Position numbers and translations under genes: made by a program
Shown here: positions 14,253-27,907 of the stretch, piece by piece
How positions within the stretch are numbered: the first letter of the stretch is position 1
How the letters are laid out: every line of letters starts with the position of its first letter
The notes under the pieces: model-generated
What the model was told of the DNA's origin: nothing
Databases searched by the model: none
What the model saw: the letters and a program-made list of their open reading frames with translations, nothing else
DNA from: Octopus vulgaris
Taxonomy: Eukaryota
DNA length: 64,000 bases
Direction of reading: 5' to 3'
Assembly: GCA_951406725.2 (NCBI GenBank)
Contig: OX597833.1
Span: 50,158,001-50,222,000 of the forward strand

Positions 14253-14627
14253 CTTATAACAGTAACAACAGAATCATCATCATCATCATCATCATCAACA
14301 AAAACAACCACATCGCAACGACAACAAGAGAAGTGAAATATAACCAGTGTGTGTATTTTATTGGCAAAATGACCTCAGGACATGTCAACTGTTTCAACAC
14401 ACGATTTCCTATCATGAATCTTACGGAACAAACACAAAAACAAATATAATTTTCTCCTTTGCTTCCAGCAATCACCGAGGAGCTAAAAGTGAGATACGAA
14501 CATCGCCTCTTCATTCAACTAAACCATGAAGCTATCTTTAAAAATATAGAGAAATTGACTTAAGGACAAGTTGTCTGTATATCTCTGAATATAGATAGAT
14601 AGATAGATAGATGTACACAAACATATA

Positions 14628-15029
14628 CTCTTTTCTACTCTAGGCACAAGACCCGAAAATTTCGGAAGGTGGGGGCAGTTGATTAGATCGACCCCAGTAC
14701 GCAACTGATACTTAATTTATCGACCCCGAAAAGATGAAAGGCAAAATCGACTTCGGTGGAATTTGAACTCAGAACGTAAAAGACAGACGAAATACCTATT
14801 TCTTTACTACCCACAAGGGGCTAAACACAGAGACGACAAACAAGGATAGACAAACGGATTAAATCGATTAAATCCACCCTAGTGCGTAACTGGTACTTAA
14901 TTTATCGACCCCGAAAGTAGGAAAGGCAAAGTCGACCTCGGCGGAATTTGAACTCAGAACGTAACAGCAGACGAAATACTGCGAAGTATTTCGCCCGGCG
15001 TGCTAACGTTTCTGCCAGCTCGCCGCCTT
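14628..15029 (-). mobile_element. SINE family B dimeric form (head + tail-1 unit + tail-2 unit)
   Basis: Two B-box/Nin modules joined at gaaatag|gtatttcgtc. Confidence 0.9.
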
Positions 15030-15101
15030 CATATACTGACACACACATATGTCTATAGGCACACATTTACATAAGCGTGCTCATATGTGTAAAGGTGTGT
15101 G

Positions 15102-15147
<46 letters not shown>

Positions 15148-15769
15148 CACATAAATAGGAGAGATATGGGGACGGCTGTCATATTGTAAGTTAGAAAGAT
15201 TTACTTCTAAAAGTTTGTGGCAGTTTTATACTTAATTGAGAGTGAAGTTGAACCAAAAACTATATGAAATTTACAGACGCATGTATGGTATGTATGTATT
15301 TATATGTACGTATTTTTGTATATATAGATGTATGTACGTATTATATATATGCATGTACATAAAAATATATGTACGTCTGTATGATGTACATACGTATGTA
15401 TATAAGTGAATGGCTATATACGCAAAGGTAGTGTTGTGTTCCTTTACCATATGTTAAGCATTATCTTAGATAACCGCCTCCTTTTACTTTATTTTTGTTC
15501 TATAAGTTATATTGGTCTGTATACCATATAGTTGAGCGTACTTTTTTTTGTTTTTGGTTCCATGTGTGGATAAGCATATCCTGAATACATGTTTACAAAG
15601 GTGGAATTGCTAAAATAACGCTTGTTTGTACACTCCTTTCCCGTTCTGTGCTTCTCAGCGAAACCATATTGGTTCCACATATATTATTCAATCAATAGTT
15701 TCGCTGTTACGTTATCATAAACAAAAATACTCAAAAACCATGCAGAAGCTTTATCATACTGATTTCATA

Positions 15770-16182
15770 TTTTGGCACAAGGCCAGAAAGTTTGGGAAAG
15801 GGGGTTAGTTAATTACATCGACCTCCAGTGCTTAATTGTTCTTTATTTTTATTGAACCCGAAATGACGAGAGGTAAAATCAACCACGTCAGAAATTGAAA
15901 TGAGATCGGGAAGGCAGACAAAATGCCGCTAAAGATTTTAATCTGGCGTGCTATAACGATTCTGTAAACTCGCCACCTTAAATAATAAATATTGGTTTCA
16001 AATTTTGATACAAATCCAGTAATTTCAAGGGTGTGGTTACATCGATGTCATCACCCATGGTGATCAACTGGTACTATTTTATCGACGCCCAAAGGATGAA
16101 AGGCAAATTTGACCTCGGTTGCACATGTACTCACAACGTAAAGACGGACAGCATGCAACAAAGTGTGTTGCCCGGCGTGCTA
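15770..16182 (-). mobile_element. Two decayed SINE family B monomers
   Basis: Diverged matches to the family B head, core and tail 2. Confidence 0.7.
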
Positions 16183-16458
16183 AGAGAGAAAAGTCCTCGT
16201 ACTCAAATGGTAATTAATTCAAACAATAGGAGTGTCTGTGTGATAAGTAGCTTGCTTACCAACCACATGGTTTCGCCAGCGGGATAGCGTTTGGGATAAT
16301 TCCCAACACAACACTGAGTGTTAAAAGACCAAGCGAATCAACTCGCCTCGAATTGAATTCGAGTGTGGTAATTACCGATATTTCGCCATTATTGTGACTT
16401 ATCAATATCGTGCATCCGGATCAAACTAGATCGAATCGAATCTCTGGTTTATGACTTA

Positions 16459-16971
16459 CTAGCAGTATCGCCCGGCGTTGCTCGGGTTTGTAAGGGAAAT
16501 AACTATATAAGCATTTTTAGAGAGTTACTTCCCTTATAGATGCCAATTCGGGCTTTCTTAGCCATTTCTGTTTTGGTGTCTTCAAGCCATGAAGTCGTTG
16601 TCCTAAAAGAACGCTGGTCTCCTTGACAACGCTTTACGACGTTGATTTCCTTACACTCCCTTCCCCACAGCTTCACGAGGGAGGAAAGAAGGGGGAGAAG
16701 CAAACAGGTGCAGGTGTGACCATGGACGCCAACTCCGCCGCCATCGACACATGAAAAATTATGCATTAAAATGGAATAAAAAATGATGTTAAATTATTTT
16801 TAAAATCGTAGACTCATCGTAGACGTGCGCTAATACTCAGACGGGCTCGATATGAATCACGACTATAAGATACCCGAATTTGGTTAAACTGCACCGCAAG
16901 ATGTGGGAGTAGTTAGGAATCTAAATCGAAGGGGACAGACACTCACACAACTACAGTTTTATATATATAGA
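16459..16971 (-). mobile_element. Non-autonomous Helitron (same termini as 13388-13882, different interior)
   Basis: Minus strand starts A|TCtatatatataaaactgtagttgt and ends aaacccgagcaacgccgggcgatactgCTAG|T. Confidence 0.85.
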
Positions 16972-17577
16972 TATACAAATAGATTCAAAACTATTTTGCT
17001 GAAGTCCCGCAGCGTAGCACCGAGTCGTAACAAACGAAAACCAAAGTCGAATTTTGAGGGATTTGAACTCAGAGCGTAGAAAGCCGAAATAACTAGTGCA
17101 AGCGATTTTATCTGACGTTCTAATGACTCTGGCAATTCGAAGCTTTTAACAAACAAAGGAAATGCGGAGAAGCATTAAATGTTCTCTTATAAAGAGATAA
17201 AGATGGAGAGTTAAGATAAGACAGTGGCATGTTGAATATATGACGCTGTTTCAATTACTGATGGAAGCCATTTCATAATACTTACATAGTCGTTACTTCT
17301 GATAAAACTATTTACCATACATACGTGCATACATACAGATTTACAAACATACAAACACACACACGCATACACACACACATGTATGCGTGTGTATATGTAT
17401 ATTTGTATACACTCACACACATGCGCAGAAACACATGTACAAATGGGCACAGACATACATACATGCCTACGAGTTTCGTTTTACAACGTCGCGGTCCTTT
17501 GCTCAAAGAACGCCGTACCTCGATGACATCACTGTATGTATATAGGATACCTTCTAGAAAACATTGTATGCCAGTGT

Positions 17578-17631
<54 letters not shown>

Positions 17632-18065
17632 GTGTGTGTGTGTGTGTGTGTATGTGTGTGTATGCTCGCGTGCGTGTGCATGTGAGAGTGGATATGTGAG
17701 CGGTGATACAACTTTCGACAATGATTTTCGGCTAAGTATTATACAACAGCATGAATACCGATAAAACAAAATATATGAGAAAAGTATATCTTGCCTTTTC
17801 TTTAGATAACATCGATGGCTTGGAGAAGCGAGACTGGTATGCATGGGCGACTGCTGGTCTTCTATAAACAACCTTGCTTGATCTTGTGCCTCAGAGCGAA
17901 AATTTTTAGGTGCATCCCATGGTCATTTATGACCGAGGGATTTTTTGTCTTTTTAATATCCGTCACTAGCGGGCGAATATGATTTACTAACATGTAGCAT
18001 GCTTCCGCTAATTGATTTAGGAGACTACATAGTCTTCTAAAGCGCTTATATACTTTATAGAATAT

Positions 18066-18449
18066 GGAAGCACTCCGTCGGTTACGACGACGAGGGTTCC
18101 GGTTGATCCGAATCAACGGAACAGCCTGCTCGTGAAATTAACGTGTAAGTGGCTGAGCACTCCATAGACACGTGTACCCTTAATGTAGTTCTCGGGGATA
18201 TTCAGCGTGACACAGAGAGTGACAAGGCCAGCCCTTTGAAATACAGGTACAACAGAAACAGGAAGTAAGAGTGAGAGAAAGTTGTGGTGAAAGAGTACAG
18301 CAGGGATCACCACCATCCCCTACCGGTGCCTCGTGGAGCTTTAGGTGTTTTCGCTCAATAAACACTCACAACGCCCGGTCTGGGAATCGAAAACGCGATC
18401 TTATGACCGCGAGTCCGCTGCCCTAACCACTGGGCCATTGCGCCTCCAC
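18066..18449 (-). mobile_element. tRNA-derived SINE family D, full length with TSD
   Basis: Head gtggaggcgcaatggcccagtggttagg...ttcgattcc; 14 bp TSD actttatagaatat at 18052-18065 and 18448-18461; head-only copies at 26620 and 44232. Confidence 0.9.
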
Positions 18450-18834
18450 TTTATAGAATATAGTTGCATAAGGAAGTACCGTGTGTCTTCAAGTCATTAA
18501 AATATATGTACCAGCTTCTATGAATGTGTTTAACATATAAAATTGGGTATATTCAATAACGTTACACCACTGTATTCAGTAGCTATTTAAGCAATGTGTT
18601 TGTAGATAATTAAGGGGTTAGATGGGTGCTGACGAAAGAGCAAAAATCCCGAAACATGACGTATACGTCCGTTGCCCTTTTTTCCTTTTCGATCTCGTTG
18701 TTTGTTTACATCTAACGTAACAAAAATCAACGCTGGGCATAATTTCTATGGAATATCAGTAGAGACAACCTCAACAAAAACATCTTGACCCAGGATGTGA
18801 CGGCTGGGTAGAGTGAGACTGCTGCGCCAGCGTG

Positions 18835-19211
18835 CGGTATTTCGTCTGTCGCAACGTTCTAAGTTCAAATTCCGCCGAGGTCGACTTTGCCTTTCCACCT
18901 TTCGGGGTCGATTAAATAAGTACCAGTTACGCACTGGGGTCGATATAATCGACTTAATCCGTTTGTCTGTCCTTGCTTGTCCTCTCTGTGTTTAGCCCCT
19001 AGTGGGTAGTAAAGAAATAGAAATAGGTATTTCGTCTTCTGTTACGTTCTGAGTTGAAATTCCGCCGAGGTCGACTATGTCTCTCGTCCTTTCGGGGTCG
19101 ATTAAATAAGTACCAGTTACGCACTAGGGTCGATAAAATCGACTTAATCCGCGTGTCTGTCCTTGTTTGTCCTCTTTGTGTTTAGCCCCTTGTGGGTAGT
19201 AAAGAAATAGG
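18835..19211 (+). mobile_element. SINE family B, two tail-1 modules in tandem
   Basis: gtatttcgtc...agtaaagaaatag twice. Confidence 0.9.
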
Positions 19212-20103
19212 TTACTAATCATTTAAACTAAAGGAAACTGGGGCAACGAGAAAAGAAGTACCTTGTTTAAGTACCTCAGTATACGTTGCCCTGTGCAGAA
19301 TTTGAACCAATGAGCATATGATCATGAGCCGGATACCCTAACCATTTTGCCACGCAGTTGCGTGAAGTATTTTAACAGTAGTTGCCATTTCAATGCACCT
19401 ACGTCACAAAAGCCCTTTGGGGAAAAACAACGTATGAACGTCACATCTTGTGTTCCACTGTTGTGAAAGTCTAAGGCTTCAAACTTATTTATGAAACAAT
19501 TATTATTAGCATCCATACATGTATATTTATTAGGTGATAGTGAAAAAGCAGAGAGAGAGAGAGAAAGAGGGGAGAATGAGGAGAGGAGACGGGAAATAAG
19601 GGACAGTGCCTGGAGACAGAAAGATGGGATATAAGAGAGGGAGGGAGAGAGGAGAAGGAAATCGATAGATGATAGTAATGTTATCATTGATGGCAGCTAC
19701 TGTAATAACAGCTAGAAGGCAGCGATGAGAATGTCAGTCGTGGTTTTGATGCTAATTCTCGACTGGCAGACGCCATTTGCTGAAGATTAAACAAACAGCC
19801 AAGTAGTCAAACAGACAGGTAGGTAGAGGACGAACGGACAGACGGACTGACGGACGGACAGGCAATCTGAAAGGCAAGCAGTAAGGCTGCATTTGCTATT
19901 TTTCTTTCTTCTGTGTGTGAGCCTTACAGATAATTCTTGGGAAACCAGTTCAGTGTGGATTTTAAGCATTTAATTGGGATAAGGGCCCGTTAGCGATTTG
20001 CGGGGGAAACAAAGGAGAGAAGTAGTGACGCGTGTGCGAGCGAGAATATTAAGGCTTCTTAAGTGCGCATGTGCATGCAAAACATTCATGGATGCGTGTT
20101 GGA

Positions 20104-20139
<36 letters not shown>

Positions 20140-20484
20140 CTGTGTAGAATGTTTTAGAGGGTAAGGCTATGCAACTATGAAAATTATACACATACACTTT
20201 CATACATACATTGTATTATATTATATAATTTTACACATACAACAACCTATCTGTGTGTGTGTGAATCTGCATATATGTGTATGTTTGTATATACGCTTGT
20301 TCGTGTATATGCATGCAAAACTAATTTCCTTTATGGACGTAAGATCCTGATATAAACTTAAATACTTTCTGCCTCATATATATATATAAGCCTATCTATC
20401 TATTTATCTATCATCTATCTATCTATCTATCTATCTATATATCAATCAATCTATCTATCTCTGTATCTATCTATATATCAATCA

Positions 20485-20523
<39 letters not shown>

Positions 20524-20674
20524 AGTCTATCTATAATATCTCTCTATTTATTTCTTTATATATGTATATATACATATATGTACATATATATATATCTGTT
20601 TGTCTGTCTGTCTATCTATTTATCCATCAATCCATCCATCTATTCATCTATCTATCTATCTATCTATATAAATG

Positions 20675-20732
<58 letters not shown>

Positions 20733-21379
20733 ATATATATCATATATATTTTATATATATACAAGTGCATATTTTAATATTTCCAACATCTCTGATATAA
20801 CTAATGCATACATATGTATACGTATGTGTGTAAATGTATGTATACATAATACGCAAATATATAAATATATTGCATGCATGTATGTACATACATACATACA
20901 TACATACATACATAAATGTGTGTGTGTACTTTAAAAGGCTGCAACATTTTCTGACGCCAAGAACAAAACAAAACAAAAGTCTAAAACACAAAATAAATGT
21001 AGAACATTAAAAAGATCTTTGATAAACGTCTACGTCGTATCGGTTTCTTAACAATAGTATCATCAGAGCAATGAGTTCGTTGCTTAATGCTTTCACATTT
21101 AATCAGTAGGGGGTTCCAGAGAGTAGGGAGTAGCGTGGGGAGGGGGGGGGCAATTGTTATGTTGCAGTCCAAGGTTAAGAATGTGGCAGGTGTGGATTGG
21201 ATGCGGACGGAGTAGTAGTCACATGAAGTGAATGACATAATGCAAAGCCGAGTCTTACTTAGGAAGATTAAACAAGCAAAGTTGTGCAATGTAAGACAAG
21301 GAGCTTTCATCGAATATGAAAAGGGATTGAAATGAGATGGAAAATCGTTTTGCTTTCCGTGAAGTATTTAATACGTGTG

Positions 21380-21455
21380 TGTATGTGTATGTGTGTGTGT
21401 GTGTGTGTGTGCGTGTGAATACATACGTATACATACATATATGTGTGTATGTATG

Positions 21456-21491
<36 letters not shown>

Positions 21492-21736
21492 TATATATAG
21501 TGTGTCAAACTTATACATCATTCATACGTGCGGATGTGTATATATGTATGCAACTAGGTATGTATGTAACTGTGTGTGCGTGTCTGTGTGTATATATGTA
21601 CACACACATACATATACACATACATATATACACATATATATATATATACATATATATATATTATTACAATTATATTTATATTATATGTATACATAAGCAT
21701 GTATGTATGCGTATATATGTACGTATATTTATATAA

Positions 21737-21787
<51 letters not shown>

Positions 21788-21970
21788 AAGATTTATAAAT
21801 ACATATATATATACATATATATACATATATATATATACATATATATATACATATATACACATATATATATACATATATATACATATATATACATATATAT
21901 ACATACATATATATATATATATATACATACATATATATATATATACATACATACATATATACTTACATAT

Positions 21971-22024
<54 letters not shown>

Positions 22025-22100
22025 CACACATACACACAAACGCACACGCAGTTATATACATACCTAATTGCGTACATATATACATATCTGTACGCATGAG
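21380..22100. repeat. Compound (TA)n/(TG)n/(TACA)n microsatellite
   Basis: Direct reading. Confidence 0.95.
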
Positions 22101-22195
22101 TGATGTATGGGTTTGAGACACTATTATACGAGGTCTGATCAATAAGTACCCGGACTGCTATGAAAACAAAACTACAACACGTACCAATTTGGCAT

Positions 22196-23575
22196 TTAAT
22201 CTTCTTCAAATGAGTCCCCTTCGGAAGCCATACACTTAATCCAGCGCTGTTTCCATTGATGGAAACACTTCTGGAACTCGTTTTCTGAGATAATCAGCAG
22301 TTGCCTCATCGCTTTCACTTTGATTTCCTCGAGAGATCCTGAAATCTTCTTCCTTTCAAGCGGGATTTGATTTTTGTAAAGCGGATGCAGTTGCTAGGGA
22401 CGAGATCTGGGGAACACGGTGGCTGACGGACCTGGGAAATGCTGTGCCTAGCCAAAAACTGCTGCACAGGCTACGCTGAATGGGCAGATGCGTGGTCAGC
22501 TGATAGCAGTTTTGGCACAAACTTAGTAGACACGCGTCTCATACCCAAGTCTTCAGTGAAAATTCAATGAAATGAACCGTAACAAATCTGCACATCCTCT
22601 GATAACTCACGGATGGTGATTCGACGATTTCCTCTCACATCTGCAGGCACATCTGCGATGTTTGTTTCAGTTCTTAATTATTTACTGCTCACAGGGGCTA
22701 CACACAGAGGGGACAAATAAGGACAAACGGATTAAGTCGATTATATCGACCCAAGTGCGTAACTGGTACTTATTTAATCGACCTCGAAAGGATGAAAGGC
22801 AAAGTCGACCTCGGCGGAATCTGAACTCAGAACGTAACGGCAACCGAAATACCTATTTCTATTTCTTTACTACCCACAAAGGGCTACACACAGAGGGGAC
22901 AAACAAGGACAGACAAACGGATCAAGTCGATTATATCGACCCCAGTGCGTAACTGGTACTTACTTAATCGACCCCGAAAGGATGAAAGGCAAAGTCGACC
23001 TCAGCGGAATTTGAACTCAGAACGTAGCGACAGACGAAATACCTATTTCTTTACTACCCACAAGGGGCTAAATACAGAGAGGACAAACAAGGATAGACAA
23101 AGGGATTTAAGTCAATTATATCGACCCCAGAGCGTAACTGGTACTTATTTAATCGACCCCGAAAGGATGAAAGGCAAAGTCAACCTCGGCGGAATTTGAA
23201 CTCAGAACGTAGCGACAGACGAAATACCTATTTCTTTACTACCCACAGGGGTCTAAACACAGAGAGGACAAACAAAGACAGACAAATGGATTAAGTCGAT
23301 TAGATCAACCCCAGTTCGTAACTGGTACTTATTTCATTCACCCCGAAAGGATGAAAGGCAAAGTCGACCTCGGCGGAATTTGAACTCAGAACGTAGCGAC
23401 AGACGAAATACTGCTAATCATTTCGCCCGGTGTGCTAACGTTTCTGCCAGCTCGCCGCCTTTTGTTAGTCTCAGTTCTGTTGGTTGCGGGTCTCCCAGAA
23501 CGTTCGTCACTATCGATTCCATACACTCTCTGCAACTTTGCGTTGCCCTCTGAGCAAAAGTTGATGCAGATTCAC
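22196..23575 (-). pseudogene. Mariner transposase remnants
   Basis: Hand translation: ICINFC..LQRVYG; DSDERSGRP; NRRITIRELSEDVQI..TEDLGMRRVSTKFVPKLL (WVPHEL-like); HSA*PVQQFLARHSISQVRQPPCSPDLVP (YSPDLAP-like); KSRLKGRRF; EFQKCFHQWKQRWIKCMASEGDSFEED*; stops, frameshifts, most of the catalytic domain missing. Confidence 0.9.
22675..23460 (-). mobile_element. SINE family B: one head + four tail-1 modules (~185 bp period)
   Basis: Modules read directly; 16 bp imperfect TSD at 22659-22674 and 23463-23478 (14/16 identical). Confidence 0.9.
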
Positions 23576-24347
23576 GGTCAATGAGACGATCACACGCTAT
23601 ACAAGTTCCTTCCAGGCATTGCTGTAAACAGCAGAAGTGAACCAAGGCCTTAAAACTTAGTGCACAAGCACAAAAGAGCTCAAGGTCAATCTGTGCTATG
23701 CGGCTTTACTCTACGTGCCTTAGCTTCGTTACTATGGCAACAATCCGGATACTTTTTGACCAGATCACGTATAATGTATCCCACTCTTACATTTCTGTGT
23801 AATTTTTACCGTAAATGCTTTTTAAATTTTTTAACCGCATCCGAGACCTGTGCAAGAAGTCATACGATCAAAGCCGTCAATCCAACCGTGATCAACCTAC
23901 CTTTTTTTTTCTTGTTTTACTTTGTTTCCTAACGCAGCTCCCTTGTTCATTCTGAATCTCTCTACTTAAGAATGGCCAGATGTAATTTGAGAAAGACTAC
24001 GCCCGCGAAGAAAAATCCCATTTCACTGGTATCAAATTGCGTAAGTTTACAAAGCGTGTACGTGTGTAACTAGGCTGATCCACTGACATGCTAGAAATAG
24101 AAACTAAATTGCTATGTAATCATACTGTGTACTCTTGTATGTAAGATCATACCGGGGTATGTAGTATACAAGACAATTGGTTAGTTACGGTTAGAATTCA
24201 TTTGATTATAGGTTTGCCAAGCTTTGCTGACGTGGGAATAAAGCATGGCAAAATATTTTTTCATACATTCATACCTGCATACATGCATACATACATACAA
24301 ACATACATGCATACATACATGCAAATATACATACATACATACATACA

Positions 24348-24381
<34 letters not shown>

Positions 24382-24448
24382 CATACATACATCCATATAT
24401 ACGTACATACGTAATAAATACATACATACATACATATATACATACATA

Positions 24449-24610
24449 GGTGCAGACGTGGCTGTGTGGTAAGAAACTTGCTTTCCAGCCACATACTTCT
24501 CGGGTTCAGTCCCACTACCTGGCACCTTGGTCAAGTGTCTTCCACTATAGCCTCGAGCCGACCAAAGCCCTGTAAGTGGATTTGGTTGACGGAAACTCAA
24601 AGAAGCCCGT

Positions 24611-24662
<52 letters not shown>

Positions 24663-25085
24663 TATGTGTTTGTGTTTGTCCTTCCGCCCACGGTTCCGGG
24701 TTTTATCCTACTGCGAGGCACCTTGGACAAGTGGCTTTTGCTGTAGCCTTGGGCCGAACTAAGCCTTAAGAGTGGATTTGGTAAACGGAAAATGAAAGAA
24801 GCCCGTCGTGTGTGTGTATATGTATGTATGTGTATGTGAGTGCATGTGTAAGTCTGTGTCTTTGTGTCTGTTTGTCTTCTACCACTGCTTGACTAGTTTT
24901 GGCGTGTTTACGTCCCCGTAAATTAGCGTTTCGCGAAAATGGAAAAGATAGAATAAAGTACGAGGCTTTAAAAACCACGCATTGGAATCGATTAGTTCGG
25001 CTAAAATATTCTTCAGAGCAGTGCTCCAGCATGGCCATAGTCAAATGATTGAAGCACGTAACACATAAACAATAACAAAATAAGT
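24449..25085 (+). mobile_element. Two SINE family A copies (5' half, then a diverged near-complete copy)
   Basis: Homology to family A head and tail. Confidence 0.8.
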
Positions 25086-25614
25086 GATATAACGCGACTA
25101 CACCCAACAACCGATATAATCAATGCTAACACCCTCACACTCTCTTTATCACATATTTGTATGTCTGTGTGTATGTGTGTGTACATGCGATTGTGATTTA
25201 TATGATATAATCTCGATTCGTTTGTTCCGTTCCCTAACATCCAACATAAGCATTATTATCAAAGATCTGATTGATTAAATTTCAAATTACTTATTGAACA
25301 CATTCAAGGAAAAATACCCGATTCATTGGATAAGTCGGGACGAGGAAGGTTAAAACACATCCGTATCTATTGGCCACACTAAACCAAATACAACCGCACA
25401 TATATCTATCTATGCGTACGTGTGGATATTTGAGTAGATACATTACACACCCGAACGTATAATATGATACACAATAAAGTAACTCCACAGACATTTGTTA
25501 TCTAATATGTTGCACGTTATCTATTTACAATACACGCGTAATTGCGCAATTATGATTGTGTCTTAGATAAACGCACGTACGCATCTCCACACATTTATTT
25601 ACTTTCAGAAAGGC

Positions 25615-25628
25615 GTGTGTGTGTGTGT

Positions 25629-25685
<57 letters not shown>

Positions 25686-25844
25686 TACATATATATATTT
25701 ATATATATATACACACACACAAGCAGATGTGCCCTAATTATAGAATACATATATATTACACACACCGAAAAAATTATTTGTGTATGCGTATATTTGTACA
25801 AGCACACATTCATACATATCTATCTGTATGCATGCAATGATATA

Positions 25845-25880
<36 letters not shown>

Positions 25881-26061
25881 TGTATGTATGTATTTATGTA
25901 TGTATGTATGTATTTATGTATGTATGTATGTATGTATTTATGTATGTATGTATGTATATGTGTGTGTGTGTGTATGTATATATATATATATTATGTATGT
26001 GTATATATATATATATATATATGTACGTATATATATATATGTGTGTATATATATATGTACG

Positions 26062-26098
<37 letters not shown>

Positions 26099-26290
26099 AT
26101 ATATGTATGTATGTGTATATATATATATATGTATGTATATATATGTGTACGTATATATATATATATGTATATATATATTTGTGTGTGTGTGTGTATGTAT
26201 ATATATAGTGAGAGATATATATATATATACACACACATACATACGAACATACATATTCACTCATACATATATACGCACACACACACACTC
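25615..26290. repeat. Compound (TA)n/(TATG)n/(TG)n microsatellite
   Basis: Direct reading. Confidence 0.95.
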
Positions 26291-26619
26291 CCAAACTCCA
26301 AATAATATCATATTAACAATCTGAAGAACAACGAGAGTTTGAGACCCAGCAGGTCAAAACCATTGATCCCGACCAAAACATCTACGTCATAAATGAGATT
26401 TCAAGATAAGGTCTTTCCAAAACCCTCGTTGCCTTAACGCCTTCATTATTGTTGTTTATATGAATAGATATCATTGCATACGTATTATTATTTATTTATT
26501 GTCTAATTGTCGACGTGGTTTCAACTTATCGAGACCTCTTTTCTCCTTCCGCGTCTCCCCCGTATACTTTCATTTTATCATTGCGTTTCTCTATTCCTTA
26601 TTTCACCAGCAACACCACA

Positions 26620-26739
26620 GTGGATGCGCAATGGGCCAGTGGTTAGGGCAGCGAACTCGCGGTCGTAAGAACGCGGTTTCGATTCCCAGACTGAGCATTG
26701 TGAGTGTTTCTTGAGCAAAAACACCTAAGCTCCACGAGG
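26620..26739 (+). mobile_element. SINE family D head fragment
   Basis: Matches reverse complement of 18330-18449. Confidence 0.8.
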
Positions 26740-26884
26740 GTAAATTGTTATATATATCTCCATTTTCTATTCTTTTTTTTAATAAATTTAATATATACCC
26801 ATGCAATTTGTTAGGATTTCTCTGCAAAATTGGGTATTTAACAGTGGAGCCAGTGAATATTTTCATCCTTCTTTTCCTTATATG

Positions 26885-27102
26885 TGTGTGTGGAGGTGGG
26901 GTGTTTGTCTCCCTATCACTGCTTGGTGTGTTTAGTCCCCGTAATACTTGTATATCGGCAAAAAGCCGATGACTAAGTACTTGGATTTTAGAAAAAAGTC
27001 CTGGATTCGATGTGTTTGATTAAAAGCCCTTTAACGCTGTGCTCCAGCATGGCCACAGTCAAATGATTGAAACCAGTCAAAAAATTAAAAGAATAAAAGA
27101 AT
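26885..27102 (+). mobile_element. Decayed SINE family A 3' half
   Basis: gtgctccagcatggccacagtcaaatgattgaaac tail. Confidence 0.75.
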
Positions 27103-27302
27103 AAACATTGGTTTCCAGAACTGGCTCGCATTCATAAATATATGAGATATTCAACTCCGTGTACCCCAGGATGTAGCTGGTATTTTGACAAATGCAAAAG
27201 GATGATGTTCCAAATAAGCGTTAGCTGAGTTTGTTCTCAGAATCTTATGAATTGTAGTTAAAACACTGGAAAGTATCTTGTTCGTCGCTCTTTATGTCAT
27301 AC

Positions 27303-27702
27303 CATCATTAATCGATAGAATCGTACAAGTGTCGGATAAAACAGTAATTCTCGTTCTAAAGTTCACATCCCGTCGAAGTCATCACTCAATGGTCAATAAG
27401 ATATACCCATCGAGTAGTGGGTTAATTGATCGACTAACCCCACTTCTACATATTTCTGTTGGTGTGTCAAAGGTGCAAACCATTATAGCAGATGATTTGT
27501 CATCATTAATCGATAGAATCGTACAAGTGTCGGATAAAACAGTAATTCTCGTTCTAAAGTTCAAATCCCGCCGAAGTCATCACTCAATGGTCAATAAGAT
27601 ATACCCATCGAGTAGTGGGTTAATTGATCGACTAACCCCACTTCTACAAATTTTTGTTGGTGAGTCAAAGGTGCAAACCATTATAGCAGGTGATTTGTCA
27701 TC
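27303..27702. repeat. Tandem duplication, 198 bp period, 2 copies
   Basis: catcattaatcgatagaatcg starts at 27303 and 27501; only a few substitutions. Confidence 0.95.
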
Positions 27703-27857
27703 ACCACCAACATCAACATATATTTTGAAATGGATGTACTGAAGAAAGTCTTGCGTAAACTGGTGTATTTCCCATTATATTACGCAAGATCTGAAACGTA
27801 CGTAATAAATCATTTGGTTTGGCTTTATTACAACAAATTATATACATACATATGTAC

Positions 27858-27889
<32 letters not shown>

Positions 27890-27907
27890 GTATGTATATA
27901 TATATAA

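Larger units (their letters stand above)
22127..23771 (-). mobile_element. Decayed mariner (Tc1/mariner) DNA transposon, internally deleted and interrupted by a SINE B array
   Basis: TIRs tacgaggtctgatcaataagtacccgga and tccggatactttttgaccagatcacgta; TA flanks; transposase remnants inside. Confidence 0.9.

Noticed and set aside
17808-17845. gctt-ggag-aagc-gagactggta hammerhead-like remnant
   Set aside because: Core unrecognisable and no stem I; too degenerate to call
22675-23460. Tandem array as CRISPR or as ribozyme-containing retrozyme
   Set aside because: No unique spacers, eukaryotic context, and no hammerhead core found in the module on either strand
27278-27742. 154-aa ORF with a 66-aa internal repeat
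   Set aside because: Consequence of a 198 bp duplication; TTG start; partly decayed SINE-like sequence
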